Of a stretch of 32,000 nt of DNA, positions 1 to 20,471 are shown piece by piece. Source of the DNA: Candidatus Thorarchaeota archaeon. Its GTDB lineage: Archaea; Asgardarchaeota; Heimdallarchaeia; Heimdallarchaeales; Heimdallarchaeaceae. Both the position numbers and the translations under genes were made by a program. Below the pieces are notes generated by a model. The model was not told the DNA's origin. It made no database searches and saw nothing but the letters and a program-made list of their open reading frames with translations. Numbering within the stretch: position 1 is the stretch's first letter; each line of letters starts with the position of its first letter. The stretch lies in contig JBHLQZ010000003.1 in the NCBI GenBank assembly GCA_048883065.1, positions 7,096-39,095 on the forward strand. The letters run 5' to 3'.

Positions 1-42
1 TGAGTTGGATAAAAAAGAAGGTTATTCGTAATCTCTCTTTTC

Positions 43-2547
<2,505 letters not shown>

Positions 2548-2553
2548 TTAATC

Positions 2554-4668
<2,115 letters not shown>

Positions 4669-4913
4669 TTATAATTTGGTCCACATCCTTGGAACCAGAT
4701 TTCTGCCGTTAAACGCTTTTAGTCGGATGTTTTTTAAGATAATTTCTCCTATAAAAAAAGATAGTTTATCCTTTAAAAATACATTGGTATACCTTATGAA
4801 AACTGCAAAAATTAACATGAAACAAAGAAAATGCCAAAAAATTTAGAAAAAAACTTTAAAATCTAATTTTTTACCCTAAAAAAACTTGAAGTTCTACTTC
4901 TTAAAAAGAAATA

Positions 4914-6284
<1,371 letters not shown>

Positions 6285-6365
6285 TTAGTAGTTTTTCAAC
6301 AAGTTAATAGAAACATTTTTGGATATAAATATCGAATAAGAATAAACATAGTACTGTGACAAAAG

Positions 6366-7016
6366 ATGAGCGAATTTACTCCTACTCCTCCTATATTATT
6401 GTATATCTTTGATATAGTAGAAGGGACATTAGCAAAAGAAGGTGAAGATCAATATAGTCGTTGGATTTTATCTACTATGAATGGAGAAAAAATCTACAAA
6501 ATACGAATAAATGGGTTACTAGTGGATAAATATTACAGCTCAGCAGATGAAACAAAGAAAACATTCGCATCTCTGACAATAGATGATGGAACAGATACAA
6601 TTAGAATTAAAGCTTGGGAAGAAGAAGCTGATTTTCTAAACACATTCAAACAGGGAGAACATTTAGACATAATAGGGAGACCAAGGGAAAGTGAAGGTGA
6701 AATTTACCTCCTTCCTGATCAAACCATTAAAATTGAATCTTTGGATAAAGAATTGTATTTAAGGATGAAAAAGGCGAAACGATATCTGAAGAAAGGTTTA
6801 TTGATTCCAACAGAAGCAGAGGTTGCACAAGTTCATGATTCTAAAGAAAAAGAACTTATTTGGTCTATAATATCTAATACTGAAGAAACAATACATTTTG
6901 ATGAAATCTGTAAAAAATCAAAACTAGACAATCAAACTGTACAATCAATTATCCATGATCTAATTGATGATGGGGTTATTTATCAACCACAAAAATCACA
7001 ATTTAAGAAAGTCTGA
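6366..7016 (+). CDS. RPA32/Stn1-like OB-fold protein with C-terminal winged helix
   Basis: The central OB-fold pattern (LTIDDGTDTIRIKAWEEE ... GEHLDIIGRPRESEGEIYLL) is typical of RPA2/Stn1-type OB folds. The C-terminus (ICKKSKLDNQTVQSIIHDLIDDGVIYQPQKSQFKK) resembles the RPA32 winged-helix tail (EGHIYST.DDDHFK). The call is by motif recall only. Confidence 0.5.
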   Translation: MSEFTPTPPILLYIFDIVEGTLAKEGEDQYSRWILSTMNGEKIYKIRINGLLVDKYYSSADETKKTFASLTIDDGTDTIRIKAWEEEADFLNTFKQGEHLDIIGRPRESEGEIYLLPDQTIKIESLDKELYLRMKKAKRYLKKGLLIPTEAEVAQVHDSKEKELIWSIISNTEETIHFDEICKKSKLDNQTVQSIIHDLIDDGVIYQPQKSQFKKV

Positions 7017-7025
7017 TGTTAAGAA

Positions 7026-7445
<420 letters not shown>

Positions 7446-7575
7446 TTAAAATATATTTTTAAGTAAAAGCCAGTAGATGGCAAATTTATGTACGACACTA
7501 ATCTTTCAATTAATAAAGAAAATGTCATTGAAGAAGATTTTTAAAAAATCAAAAATATAACTTTATTCGATTAAT

Positions 7576-8073
7576 ATGGCTGAAGCAATAGTATTATACA
7601 ATTCCCGAGGTGGAAATACAAAAAAAGTAGCTGAAAAAATAGCAGAAGGCTTAGGAGCAAATATTAGTGATAGCAAAAATATACCGGATTTAAACGAATA
7701 TGATCTAGTAGTCGTAGGATCATGGATGATGATGGGGAGGATTAGTTTTGGAGGTTCCCGATATCTAAAGAAATTAAAAAAAAGAGGTATCGAAGGCAAG
7801 AAAGTTGCTCTGTTCTTCACAAGTGGAGGTCCTGAAGAAGTACACTGGAAAACAGAGAACACAGAAAATCCAAGGAAATTAAAAGAAATAATGTTTGAGC
7901 AGATGGAAGGAATATTGACACGAAACAAACAAGTGACAATCCTTCAAGAAAGATATTACTGTAAAGGTGCTATCCGAATGGGAGGGGAAGTAAAAGACAA
8001 TGAAGGTTGCCCAACAGACGAAGATTTAGAAAGGGCAAGATTGTTTGGAGAGAAACTAAAAGAGAAGTTATGA
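7576..8073 (+). CDS. flavodoxin-family protein
   Basis: N-terminal FMN phosphate-binding pattern (AIVLYNSRGGNTKKVAEKIAEGL), a second strand DLVVVGSW, and ALFFTSGG. A T-rich terminator follows. Confidence 0.75.
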   Translation: MAEAIVLYNSRGGNTKKVAEKIAEGLGANISDSKNIPDLNEYDLVVVGSWMMMGRISFGGSRYLKKLKKRGIEGKKVALFFTSGGPEEVHWKTENTENPRKLKEIMFEQMEGILTRNKQVTILQERYYCKGAIRMGGEVKDNEGCPTDEDLERARLFGEKLKEKL

Positions 8074-8098
8074 TTTTGTTTTTTCTTTTTTTTTCTTT
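8074..8098 (+). terminator. oligo-T terminator of the flavodoxin gene
   Basis: ttttgttttttctttttttttcttt begins immediately after the TGA stop at 8071-8073. Archaeal RNAP terminates at T-runs. Confidence 0.5.
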
Positions 8099-8104
8099 AA
8101 ACGT

Positions 8105-8110
8105 AAAAAA
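8105..8110 (-). terminator. T6 terminator of the 5S-like RNA gene
   Basis: On the - strand, UUUUUU directly follows the 3' strand of the 10-bp terminal helix. Confidence 0.5.
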
Positions 8111-8291
<181 letters not shown>

Positions 8292-8311
8292 AAAAGAATA
8301 GGAAAAAAATT

Positions 8312-8320
8312 ATTTTTAAT
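8312..8320 (-). promoter_or_regulatory. TATA box for the 5S-like RNA gene
   Basis: The - strand reads AAAG-ATTAAAAATAA. The box ends about 21 nt upstream of the first nucleotide of the terminal helix (G at 8291). A purine-rich BRE-like stretch precedes it. Confidence 0.4.
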
Positions 8321-8386
8321 CTTTGCTATTGGAGAGTGAAGAATGTTGTGCATTTCATAGTTAAGCAAGAAGTCGAAATGTTTAAA

Positions 8387-8395
8387 TTTAAATAA
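8387..8395 (+). promoter_or_regulatory. TATA box for tRNA-Ser
   Basis: TTTAAATAA ends 21 nt upstream of tRNA position 1 (8416). Confidence 0.4.
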
Positions 8396-8415
8396 TAAGC
8401 GGAGTCAATAAAACA

Positions 8416-8500
8416 GCCACGATACTCAAGCCTGGTATGAGGATAGATTGCTAATCTATTGTCGATAGACTCCGGGGTTCGAATCCCCGTCGTGGCTCCA
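8416..8500 (+). tRNA. tRNA-Ser (anticodon GCU), CCA encoded
   Basis: Hand-folded cloverleaf. Acceptor stem GCCACGA/UCGUGGC, D stem CUCA/UGAG, anticodon stem AUAGA/UCUAU with loop UUGCUAA (anticodon GCU). Long variable arm GUC-GAUA-GAC. T arm CGGGG-UUCGAAU-CCCCG. Discriminator U followed by CCA. An oligo-T run follows. Confidence 0.9.
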
Positions 8501-8552
8501 AATTAATTATTTTTTACTTAATTAGATTTTATCGCTTAATCTTCATATTTAA

Positions 8553-11998
<3,446 letters not shown>

Positions 11999-12078
11999 AA
12001 TCAAACAAAATAGCATTTTAAAGCATTCCTTTTCTCGTATCTACTCACGATAAACCTTAAGAATTAGCTAGTTTTGAC

Positions 12079-12114
12079 TTACAATGTCGCGACTTGTAAC
12101 TTCTTCTAGAAGTT
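12079..12114. promoter_or_regulatory. two adjacent palindromes (candidate operator) upstream of the membrane-arm operon
   Basis: TTACAA-T-GTCGCGAC-TTGTAA (12079-12099; the core GTCGCGAC is a perfect 8-bp palindrome). It overlaps AACTTCT-TCT-AGAAGTT (12098-12114). Both abut a TTATAT TATA-like box (12113-12118). A GGAGGA RBS is at 12144-12149 and the ATG at 12160. Confidence 0.3.
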
Positions 12115-12156
12115 ATATGTTAAAATAAATAAGAATCCTAAATGGAGGATTAATAA

Positions 12157-14087
<1,931 letters not shown>

Positions 14088-14091
<4 letters not shown>

Positions 14092-14399
14092 TAGATCAAG
14101 TACTTCTTCTGATTTTCGCATTAATCTTATTCGGTGTAGGATTATATGCTCTACTAGGTAAAAGAAACATAATCAAGATACTTATGGGTATAGAAATAAT
14201 GACAATTTCAGTCAATGTTGTGTTTATTGCCCTTGGTACAGATCTCGCTGGAAACTTTACAAAATTTGCACAAATCTTTCCTTTGATTTCATTAGCTGTA
14301 GGAGCTGCAGTTATGGCACTTGGACTAGCAATTGTTATCAATAACTATCGTCACGCGAAAGGTGTGGATAGTGATGAAATGGCTACATTGAAGAGGTGA
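14088..14399 (+). CDS. NuoK/MnhC-like membrane subunit
   Basis: 103 aa with 3 TM helices. GLYALLGKRNIIKILMGIEIMTISVNVVFIAL matches the NuoK/MrpC pattern, including the conserved intramembrane Glu. Confidence 0.7.
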
Positions 14400-14401
14400 T
14401 A

Positions 14402-16234
14402 ATGATGGAAACAATATTCATATTAACAATAATTACCGTCATTGCACCATTAATTGGAGCTTTTCTATCGTTATTACTAAAGAAATGGACATCAGTCAGA
14501 GATATTTTTAGTGTACTAACTATTGCAATCTCCGCAATTGCAGCTATTATAATATTTGCGCTATTTGCTGCAACTGATGGAACTCCACAGACTAACGACT
14601 TTAATTGGCTTACTTGGTCAGCTAGTACTGATATTAGTTCAAGTACAAATCTGATACAATCAGGATTTTATCTTGATTCTCTATCTGTCTTGATGGCACT
14701 CATTGTGTCTATATTGAGTATGCTAATAGCATTCTTCTCACTAGAATATATGGGTGAAGATAAACATAGAACTAGATATTGGTTCTTCATGCAGTTGTTT
14801 GTTGGTGGTATGTTATTACTAGTTCTTGCACATGATATGATCTTCCTTTTCCTTGGATGGGAAATTGTTGGCTTATGTTCATGTTTCTTAATAGCACATT
14901 ATTACATGAAAAAAGGCGAAGAAGGAAGAAAACCAGCACTCAGTGGTATCAAAGCTTTAATTGTAACAGGAATTGGAGATGTAGGATTTCTAGCATTCCT
15001 ATCTTGGACTTATTTAACAACAAATAGTTTGTTAGTTGATGATCTTAAAGTTGGAAGCAATGCTATAATAATGAGTATCTTGTTACTACTTGCTCCATTA
15101 ACTAAATCAGCACAATTCCCACTCCAATCATGGTTAAGTGCTGGTGATACTGTTGATATTGACGCAATGCAAGGTCCAACAACTGTTTCAGCATTAATAC
15201 ACGCAGCAACAATGGTTAAAGCCGGTGTTTATTTAGTAGCCCGATTCAGTCCTTTGTGGGACGTTGATTTCTTCTACATAGTATTAATGATACTTGCTGG
15301 AATATCAACTGTTGGAGCAGCTATTGGTGCATTAGTTACGACTGATATAAAGAGAGTTTTAGCCTATAGTACAATCTCTCAATTGAGTTATATGTTCTTA
15401 GCATTTACACTGAGAGAAACCAATGATGGTCTTCTAGCTGGACAATTACACTTATTCTCTCACTCAATCTTCAAAGCTTTACTCTTCTTGTCTGCGGGTG
15501 CAATAATTCACTCTGTAGCTGAAGAGAGAGATATGAAAAAGATGGGTGGATTGCGTAAAGAATTACCATGGGTTTATGGATTTATGCTTGTAGGTGTAAT
15601 AGGATTAATGGGAGTACCTATTATCTCAAATGGTGGGTATTCAAAAGAATTAATCATAAGTACAGCATTTGAACAAGGAAATTGGTTTGTTGTCGTAGTA
15701 ACTGTTCTTACAGCTTTCTTAACAGCTCTTTATGCAACTAGGATGTTCTTAATGATTTTCCATGGTGAAAATCGTGGTGCTCACATACATAAACCAAAAT
15801 ATGTTATGAGAATCACTATAGGAATACTCGCTGTTCTAGTATTCGCAACTGGTTTCATTATTGAAGGACCATTGCATAATTTCCTAACAGGACATCATGA
15901 TACATATAGATTATTCCCAGATCCGTTCCCATACTTGGCATTCTTTGTTGCTCTTGGTGCAATAATCTTGGGATTTGGACTTGCATATCTATTATACGGT
16001 AAAGGACAAACTGAAGTAAGCTTTATTGAAAACAACAAAGTGTTCAAAGCTTGTCGAACTTATGTTGCTGAAGGCTTCTATATGGATCACTTCTATAATG
16101 CAGTATTCGTTAAACCTGTTTTCTGGATTGGAAAGCAAATTTCCTACCTAAAGACTGGTAAGATTAACTGGAACATGGTACTTGGTTCTCTAGTGGCGAT
16201 AGCAGCCATTGTTGTATTGGTGGTGATTGTCTAA
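14402..16234 (+). CDS. NuoL-like antiporter-type subunit with C-terminal lateral-helix extension
   Basis: MrpA/NuoL motif (LQSWLSAG...DAMQGPTTVSALIHAATMVKAGVYLVARF). The length is about 610 aa. The C-terminal segment EGFYMDHFYNAVFVKPVFWIGKQISYL plus a final TM helix is typical of the NuoL HL helix. The start could be GTG 14396, ATG 14402 or ATG 14405. A GAGGTGA RBS is at 14393-14399. Confidence 0.85.
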   Translation: MMETIFILTIITVIAPLIGAFLSLLLKKWTSVRDIFSVLTIAISAIAAIIIFALFAATDGTPQTNDFNWLTWSASTDISSSTNLIQSGFYLDSLSVLMALIVSILSMLIAFFSLEYMGEDKHRTRYWFFMQLFVGGMLLLVLAHDMIFLFLGWEIVGLCSCFLIAHYYMKKGEEGRKPALSGIKALIVTGIGDVGFLAFLSWTYLTTNSLLVDDLKVGSNAIIMSILLLLAPLTKSAQFPLQSWLSAGDTVDIDAMQGPTTVSALIHAATMVKAGVYLVARFSPLWDVDFFYIVLMILAGISTVGAAIGALVTTDIKRVLAYSTISQLSYMFLAFTLRETNDGLLAGQLHLFSHSIFKALLFLSAGAIIHSVAEERDMKKMGGLRKELPWVYGFMLVGVIGLMGVPIISNGGYSKELIISTAFEQGNWFVVVVTVLTAFLTALYATRMFLMIFHGENRGAHIHKPKYVMRITIGILAVLVFATGFIIEGPLHNFLTGHHDTYRLFPDPFPYLAFFVALGAIILGFGLAYLLYGKGQTEVSFIENNKVFKACRTYVAEGFYMDHFYNAVFVKPVFWIGKQISYLKTGKINWNMVLGSLVAIAAIVVLVVIV

Positions 16235-17724
16235 TGAACTATCTATCTTTAATACTGATAATACCACTTGCAGGTGCTGGTCTATTAGCTTTATTTGAAC
16301 AATTCAAGAAGCTACTGAGCAAGATAAAGATATGTTCTGATTGTTTGAATCATATTTTAGCAAATGTAATTGCACTAGGTGTATTCATACTTGCTGTATT
16401 ATCCATCTTCATTGGTGATCTTCGAACTTTGTTTGCATTACAAGATGGTTTGCTTGAATATGGTTTGGTACAAGCTATACTCATTACTATCTTTAGCTTC
16501 CTTGTCTGGATGGCAGTACTTTTCAGTGTTGACTACATGAAAGGAAAGGAAGGATTAGGTTTCTATTACGCTCTAATTCTAACACTACTCAGTGGTTTAA
16601 GCACAGTTGTTATGGCAGATAATTTTTTCACTCTCTTCATTGGTTGGGAAATGTTTGCTTTAAGTGCTTATACACTAGTTGCATTTGAACGTATGAAAAG
16701 AGGCGCAGTAGAAGCATCTCTGAAATACTTCATCATGTCTACCGCTGGAAGCTTACTCGTCTTGTTAGGCACAGCATTAACTTATGGTGTTTTTGGAACC
16801 TTGAACTTTGAAGATCTTCGTGGATTGTCTATGACAAGTAATCCATTAACAGGCGTAATAATTGCTATCTTTGTAGTAGGCTTTGGTGTAACAGCTGCAA
16901 TGTTGTTCCTAAATGCTTGGTTACCCGATGCACACTCTCATGCACCTTCTACAATCTCAGCATTGCTTTCTGGAATTGTTGTTAAAGCAGGAGCTTATGG
17001 TATTTACAGAACCATATTCTGGGCATTTGGTGATTCGGATGTCATGCTAGGCAGTAGCTCTGTATTCATTGCATGGTTAGGAATACTAACTATGTTTGAA
17101 GGTAATTTCCTAGTATTTGCTCAGTTCTGGAGAAAAGATATAATAGATTTCAAAAGAATACTTGCATACTCAACTACAGTTCATCTTGGATATGTTGTAC
17201 TAGGAATAGGTGCTGGTACTGAACTTGGCATTAGTGCTTCTGTATTCCATATACTTACTCATTCATTGGGTAAAGGGGCTCTCTTTTTGCTCAGTGGAAC
17301 TTTGATTGCTGCAATTGGATCAAGAGATATCCGAGACATGAAAGGTCTAGGAAGAAGATCACCTATTGTGGGTGTAGTTCTTACTGTAGGTCTTTTATCT
17401 CTTGGAGGTATTCCAATTACTGGAGGTTTCATGTCAAAACTTTTAGTAATCCTCTCTACATTTGATGGACTACACAGTAATGCTATGAATATAATTTTAG
17501 TAATTCTAGCTATTCTAAACTCACTATTAGCCCTTGGTGGTTACTTATACATACTGAAAATCATTGTATTTGATCCACCTGAAGACAAAGCAGAGGATAA
17601 ACTTAAAGTACCAATTTATGAAGCAATACCCCTAATTTTAATGGTGGTCATCATCATAATCATAGGTGTATGGCCAACAGGAGTATTTGACAAGATAGTA
17701 GAAGCTATAGCAAGTCTTTGGTAA
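16234..17724 (+). CDS. NuoN/NuoM-like antiporter-type subunit
   Basis: 496 aa and polytopic. Motifs FIGWEMFALSAYTLVAF, KYFIMSTAGS and AWLPDAHSHAPSTISALLSGIVVKAGAYG. The start overlaps the upstream stop (TAATG). Confidence 0.85.
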   Translation: MNYLSLILIIPLAGAGLLALFEQFKKLLSKIKICSDCLNHILANVIALGVFILAVLSIFIGDLRTLFALQDGLLEYGLVQAILITIFSFLVWMAVLFSVDYMKGKEGLGFYYALILTLLSGLSTVVMADNFFTLFIGWEMFALSAYTLVAFERMKRGAVEASLKYFIMSTAGSLLVLLGTALTYGVFGTLNFEDLRGLSMTSNPLTGVIIAIFVVGFGVTAAMLFLNAWLPDAHSHAPSTISALLSGIVVKAGAYGIYRTIFWAFGDSDVMLGSSSVFIAWLGILTMFEGNFLVFAQFWRKDIIDFKRILAYSTTVHLGYVVLGIGAGTELGISASVFHILTHSLGKGALFLLSGTLIAAIGSRDIRDMKGLGRRSPIVGVVLTVGLLSLGGIPITGGFMSKLLVILSTFDGLHSNAMNIILVILAILNSLLALGGYLYILKIIVFDPPEDKAEDKLKVPIYEAIPLILMVVIIIIIGVWPTGVFDKIVEAIASLW

Positions 17725-17757
17725 TCTTTTCTTTTTTTTCTTTCTTTTCTTTTCTTG
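17725..17757 (+). terminator. pyrimidine/T-rich terminator after the membrane-arm operon
   Basis: tcttttcttttttttctttcttttcttttctt begins directly after the TAA stop at 17722-17724. Confidence 0.5.
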
Positions 17758-17848
17758 TATTTTATTCTAATTAACTCCCATATCTTTCTCTTTATCTAGC
17801 TACTGGATTCTTAGTAATTTTTTTATAGAAATAGTACCAGAAACAAAT

Positions 17849-18217
17849 ATGGTTTTGGAGATAATAACAGGTATATATTCTCTTACAGTGGGTATTTCTT
17901 TAATAGGATTCTGGGCTGTTTTTTATTTAAGAAAGGAGTTAAACATTTTCATAGAAAATTCTCTAGAAAGATTTTTTCATATCCTAGCTGAAATAATAAT
18001 TTCAATTTTAGCTTTAATAAGTGGAATAGCTATTCTAGCTAATCAATCTTGGGGATTATTTATTTACATCTTAACAATGGGTTTTCTGATTTATGCATCC
18101 ATAAATGCAATTGGTATTTATGGAAAGAAAAAAATTTGGTGGTTAGTTATCCTGTTAGCAGTAGTTGCACTAATGTCTACAGCACTTGTGATAGTAAATA
18201 TGATTATCATGTTCTAA
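17849..18217 (+). CDS. hypothetical small membrane protein (4 predicted TM helices)
   Basis: 122-aa ATG ORF with four hydrophobic stretches. It lies between the two convergent hydrogenase operons. I recognised no domain. Confidence 0.5.
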   Translation: MVLEIITGIYSLTVGISLIGFWAVFYLRKELNIFIENSLERFFHILAEIIISILALISGIAILANQSWGLFIYILTMGFLIYASINAIGIYGKKKIWWLVILLAVVALMSTALVIVNMIIMF

Positions 18218-18253
18218 CAAAAAATGAAATAAAAAATAGGAAAAAAAAAGAGA

Positions 18254-18727
18254 TTATTCTTCTACGGGAATTTCTTTTTTCTCTACACCAATTAAATCTT
18301 CTTTAAGTTTCCCTAATAATGTTGCAACAGCTGCTACTATGTTCTCTGGTCTTGGAGGGCAACCATAAACCCATGCATCTATTGGTATTGCATGATCAAT
18401 TCCTCCTAGAACAAAGGGGCATTCCTGAAATACTCCTCCAGATGTACAGCAATTTCCTACTGCAACAACAAATTTAGGTAATGGCATTTGTTCATATACA
18501 CGTTTTACTCTTTCTGCAACTTGTGCTGTCACAGGTCCAGTTATTACTAAAACATCTGCTTGTCTTGGAGTTCCTCTAAGGACTATCCCATATTGCTCAA
18601 GATCATGTCTAGGAGTTAGAGCGTCAACGATTTCAATATCACAACCATTACATCCTCCAGCGTTCATATGTATGATCCATGGGGATCTTAAAGCACAATT
18701 TACTCCAAATTTCTTTAACCAACCCAT
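18254..18727 (-). CDS. [NiFe]-hydrogenase small subunit, NuoB/MbhJ/EchC-like
   Basis: Cluster-binding motifs GGCNGCDIE, GNCCTSGG and GCPPRPE. The track start at 18736 is a TTG. ATG 18727 lies 5 nt after the upstream TGA and has a GGAG RBS. Confidence 0.9.
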   Translation of the reverse strand: MGWLKKFGVNCALRSPWIIHMNAGGCNGCDIEIVDALTPRHDLEQYGIVLRGTPRQADVLVITGPVTAQVAERVKRVYEQMPLPKFVVAVGNCCTSGGVFQECPFVLGGIDHAIPIDAWVYGCPPRPENIVAAVATLLGKLKEDLIGVEKKEIPVEE

Positions 18728-18732
18728 TTTTT

Positions 18733-19200
18733 TCAACTCCTATACTCCTCAATTTTTTTTATGAGCCTACCACCTTCTTCAACAAGTTCTTTTAGTTTTT
18801 TATCGGCTTTTTCTCCTTTGAAACTACCTTTTGCACAAATCATCTCATAGTCTTGCCTGACATTAAAAGTAAAAAGTGAATTTGATAAAGATGGATCTCT
18901 ATCTATATGAATCGCATCCTTGGGGCAGTATGTTTGACAATGACCACACCACATACATTGAGCTCTTTGTAACCAAATCATTCCATTATCTTTATCATCT
19001 TTCTCCATACCTAAACAATGAGTTGGACAGACATTTACACAAGTACCGCACATTATGCATCTATCTTCTATTATTCTAGGTATTGTTCTCACATCTTCTG
19101 GAGGTGGGTTTTCTGCTATTCTTTTTAGAACATGTTTTGTTACAGGTCCTCTGGCTTGGTTCTTAAGTGCTTCTCCGCCCATTACTAATACTTTCTTCAT
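18733..19200 (-). CDS. 2x[4Fe-4S] ferredoxin-type subunit, NuoI/MbhN/EchF-like
   Basis: Two CxxCxxCxxxCP motifs (CIMCGTCVNVCP and CMWCGHCQTYCP). GGTGA RBS is present. The protein has a ~45-aa N-terminal extension and a ~55-aa charged C-terminal extension. Confidence 0.85.
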   Translation of the reverse strand: MKKVLVMGGEALKNQARGPVTKHVLKRIAENPPPEDVRTIPRIIEDRCIMCGTCVNVCPTHCLGMEKDDKDNGMIWLQRAQCMWCGHCQTYCPKDAIHIDRDPSLSNSLFTFNVRQDYEMICAKGSFKGEKADKKLKELVEEGGRLIKKIEEYRS

Positions 19201-19212
19201 TTTTTATTCACC

Positions 19213-20469
19213 TCAGAAAAAAGGTCTATTATACCTCTTTGCTTTAATTGCTTTTTTAGCAAATTCATCTTGATGCATAACCATTTTTTCACCTGTTTTA
19301 TCATTAATAATCATAACCCTATTTGTACAAGAGAAACATGGATCGTAGCTTCGTAAAATTACAGGCATATCTGCAATGTATTCGCCATCCATTCTTTTTA
19401 AAGAGGCATCAATATTACCTAAAGATGGTGCTCTGATCTTATATCGCTCTGGTTTATCCGTACCATTTGCTATACCATAATGGATGTCTTCACCTCTGGG
19501 GGCTTCAGCTCGAGTCATATAACTTCCTTCTGGAATTCTAGGTTTAACTCTAAGTAATAATTCACCTTGAGTAGATTCTAGTCTATCAAGAACTTGATTA
19601 CATATTCGAAGAGATTCCAAGGTTTCATCTACTCTTACTAAAGTTGTTGCTAAAATATCTCCTTCAGTATAATAAACCATATTCCAGTCAATTTTATCAT
19701 ATAACTCATAAGGATAAGATTTCCTAACATCAAATGGGAGTCCTGATCCTCTTCCTGTTGGGCCATTAGGTGTTGTTTTCTTAGCATCTTCTTTTGTAAG
19801 AATTCCAACATTTTCTAATCTATTTCTTATTGATGCTTCTTCAGTGAAAACCTTTCTGTGATATTCAACTTTTTTAATAAGTTCATTAATACGTGGTTTT
19901 GCTCTTTTAATTTTCTCTGGAGGTATATCTCTTTTTACACCACCAGGGAGCATTAATGCTGGATTAACTCTGTTTCCACTGAAATCTTCTACTATGTCCA
20001 TTATAATTTCACGATCCCTCCATGTAATATGTAACATAGTATCAAAACCTGCATCATGAGCTAAGATTCCATACCATAGAATATGAGAATGAACACGTTC
20101 TGCTTCTAAACTAAACATTCGTATTAATCTTGCTCTTTCAGAAATCTGATCTTCAACTCCTGCTAATCTATCAACTACACGAACATAGACATTTTGATGA
20201 ACAGCACTACAAATACCACAAGCTCTTGGAACAAGCATTGTATTTTGCCTCCAAGTTCTAGCTTCCATAGCTTTTTCAATTCCTCGAAGATTGAAACCAA
20301 TACGAATATTTGCCTCAACAACCCTTTCTCCTTTAACATGAATGATGAAGTGAGCTGGTTCTTCAGCCCAAGGGTGCTGTGGTCCAATAAAGATGTGATG
20401 ATCCGCATCAGCTGGTGCATCACTTCCATCTGTTAATGTTCTAAATCTAGATCTATACGCTTCTGTCAT
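19213..20469 (-). CDS. group 4 [NiFe]-hydrogenase large (catalytic) subunit, NuoD/MbhL/EchE-like
   Basis: N-terminal Ni-Fe motif RACGICSAVH (20197-20226) and C-terminal motif DPCFSCTNR (19318-19344), followed by a 34-aa extension. ATG 20469 (MTEAYRS...) sits 2 nt after the nuoC-like TAA and has a GGAGG RBS. An alternative ATG at 20520 would overlap the upstream gene by 49 nt. Confidence 0.9.
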   Translation of the reverse strand: MTEAYRSRFRTLTDGSDAPADADHHIFIGPQHPWAEEPAHFIIHVKGERVVEANIRIGFNLRGIEKAMEARTWRQNTMLVPRACGICSAVHQNVYVRVVDRLAGVEDQISERARLIRMFSLEAERVHSHILWYGILAHDAGFDTMLHITWRDREIIMDIVEDFSGNRVNPALMLPGGVKRDIPPEKIKRAKPRINELIKKVEYHRKVFTEEASIRNRLENVGILTKEDAKKTTPNGPTGRGSGLPFDVRKSYPYELYDKIDWNMVYYTEGDILATTLVRVDETLESLRICNQVLDRLESTQGELLLRVKPRIPEGSYMTRAEAPRGEDIHYGIANGTDKPERYKIRAPSLGNIDASLKRMDGEYIADMPVILRSYDPCFSCTNRVMIINDKTGEKMVMHQDEFAKKAIKAKRYNRPFF

Positions 20470-20471
20470 TT

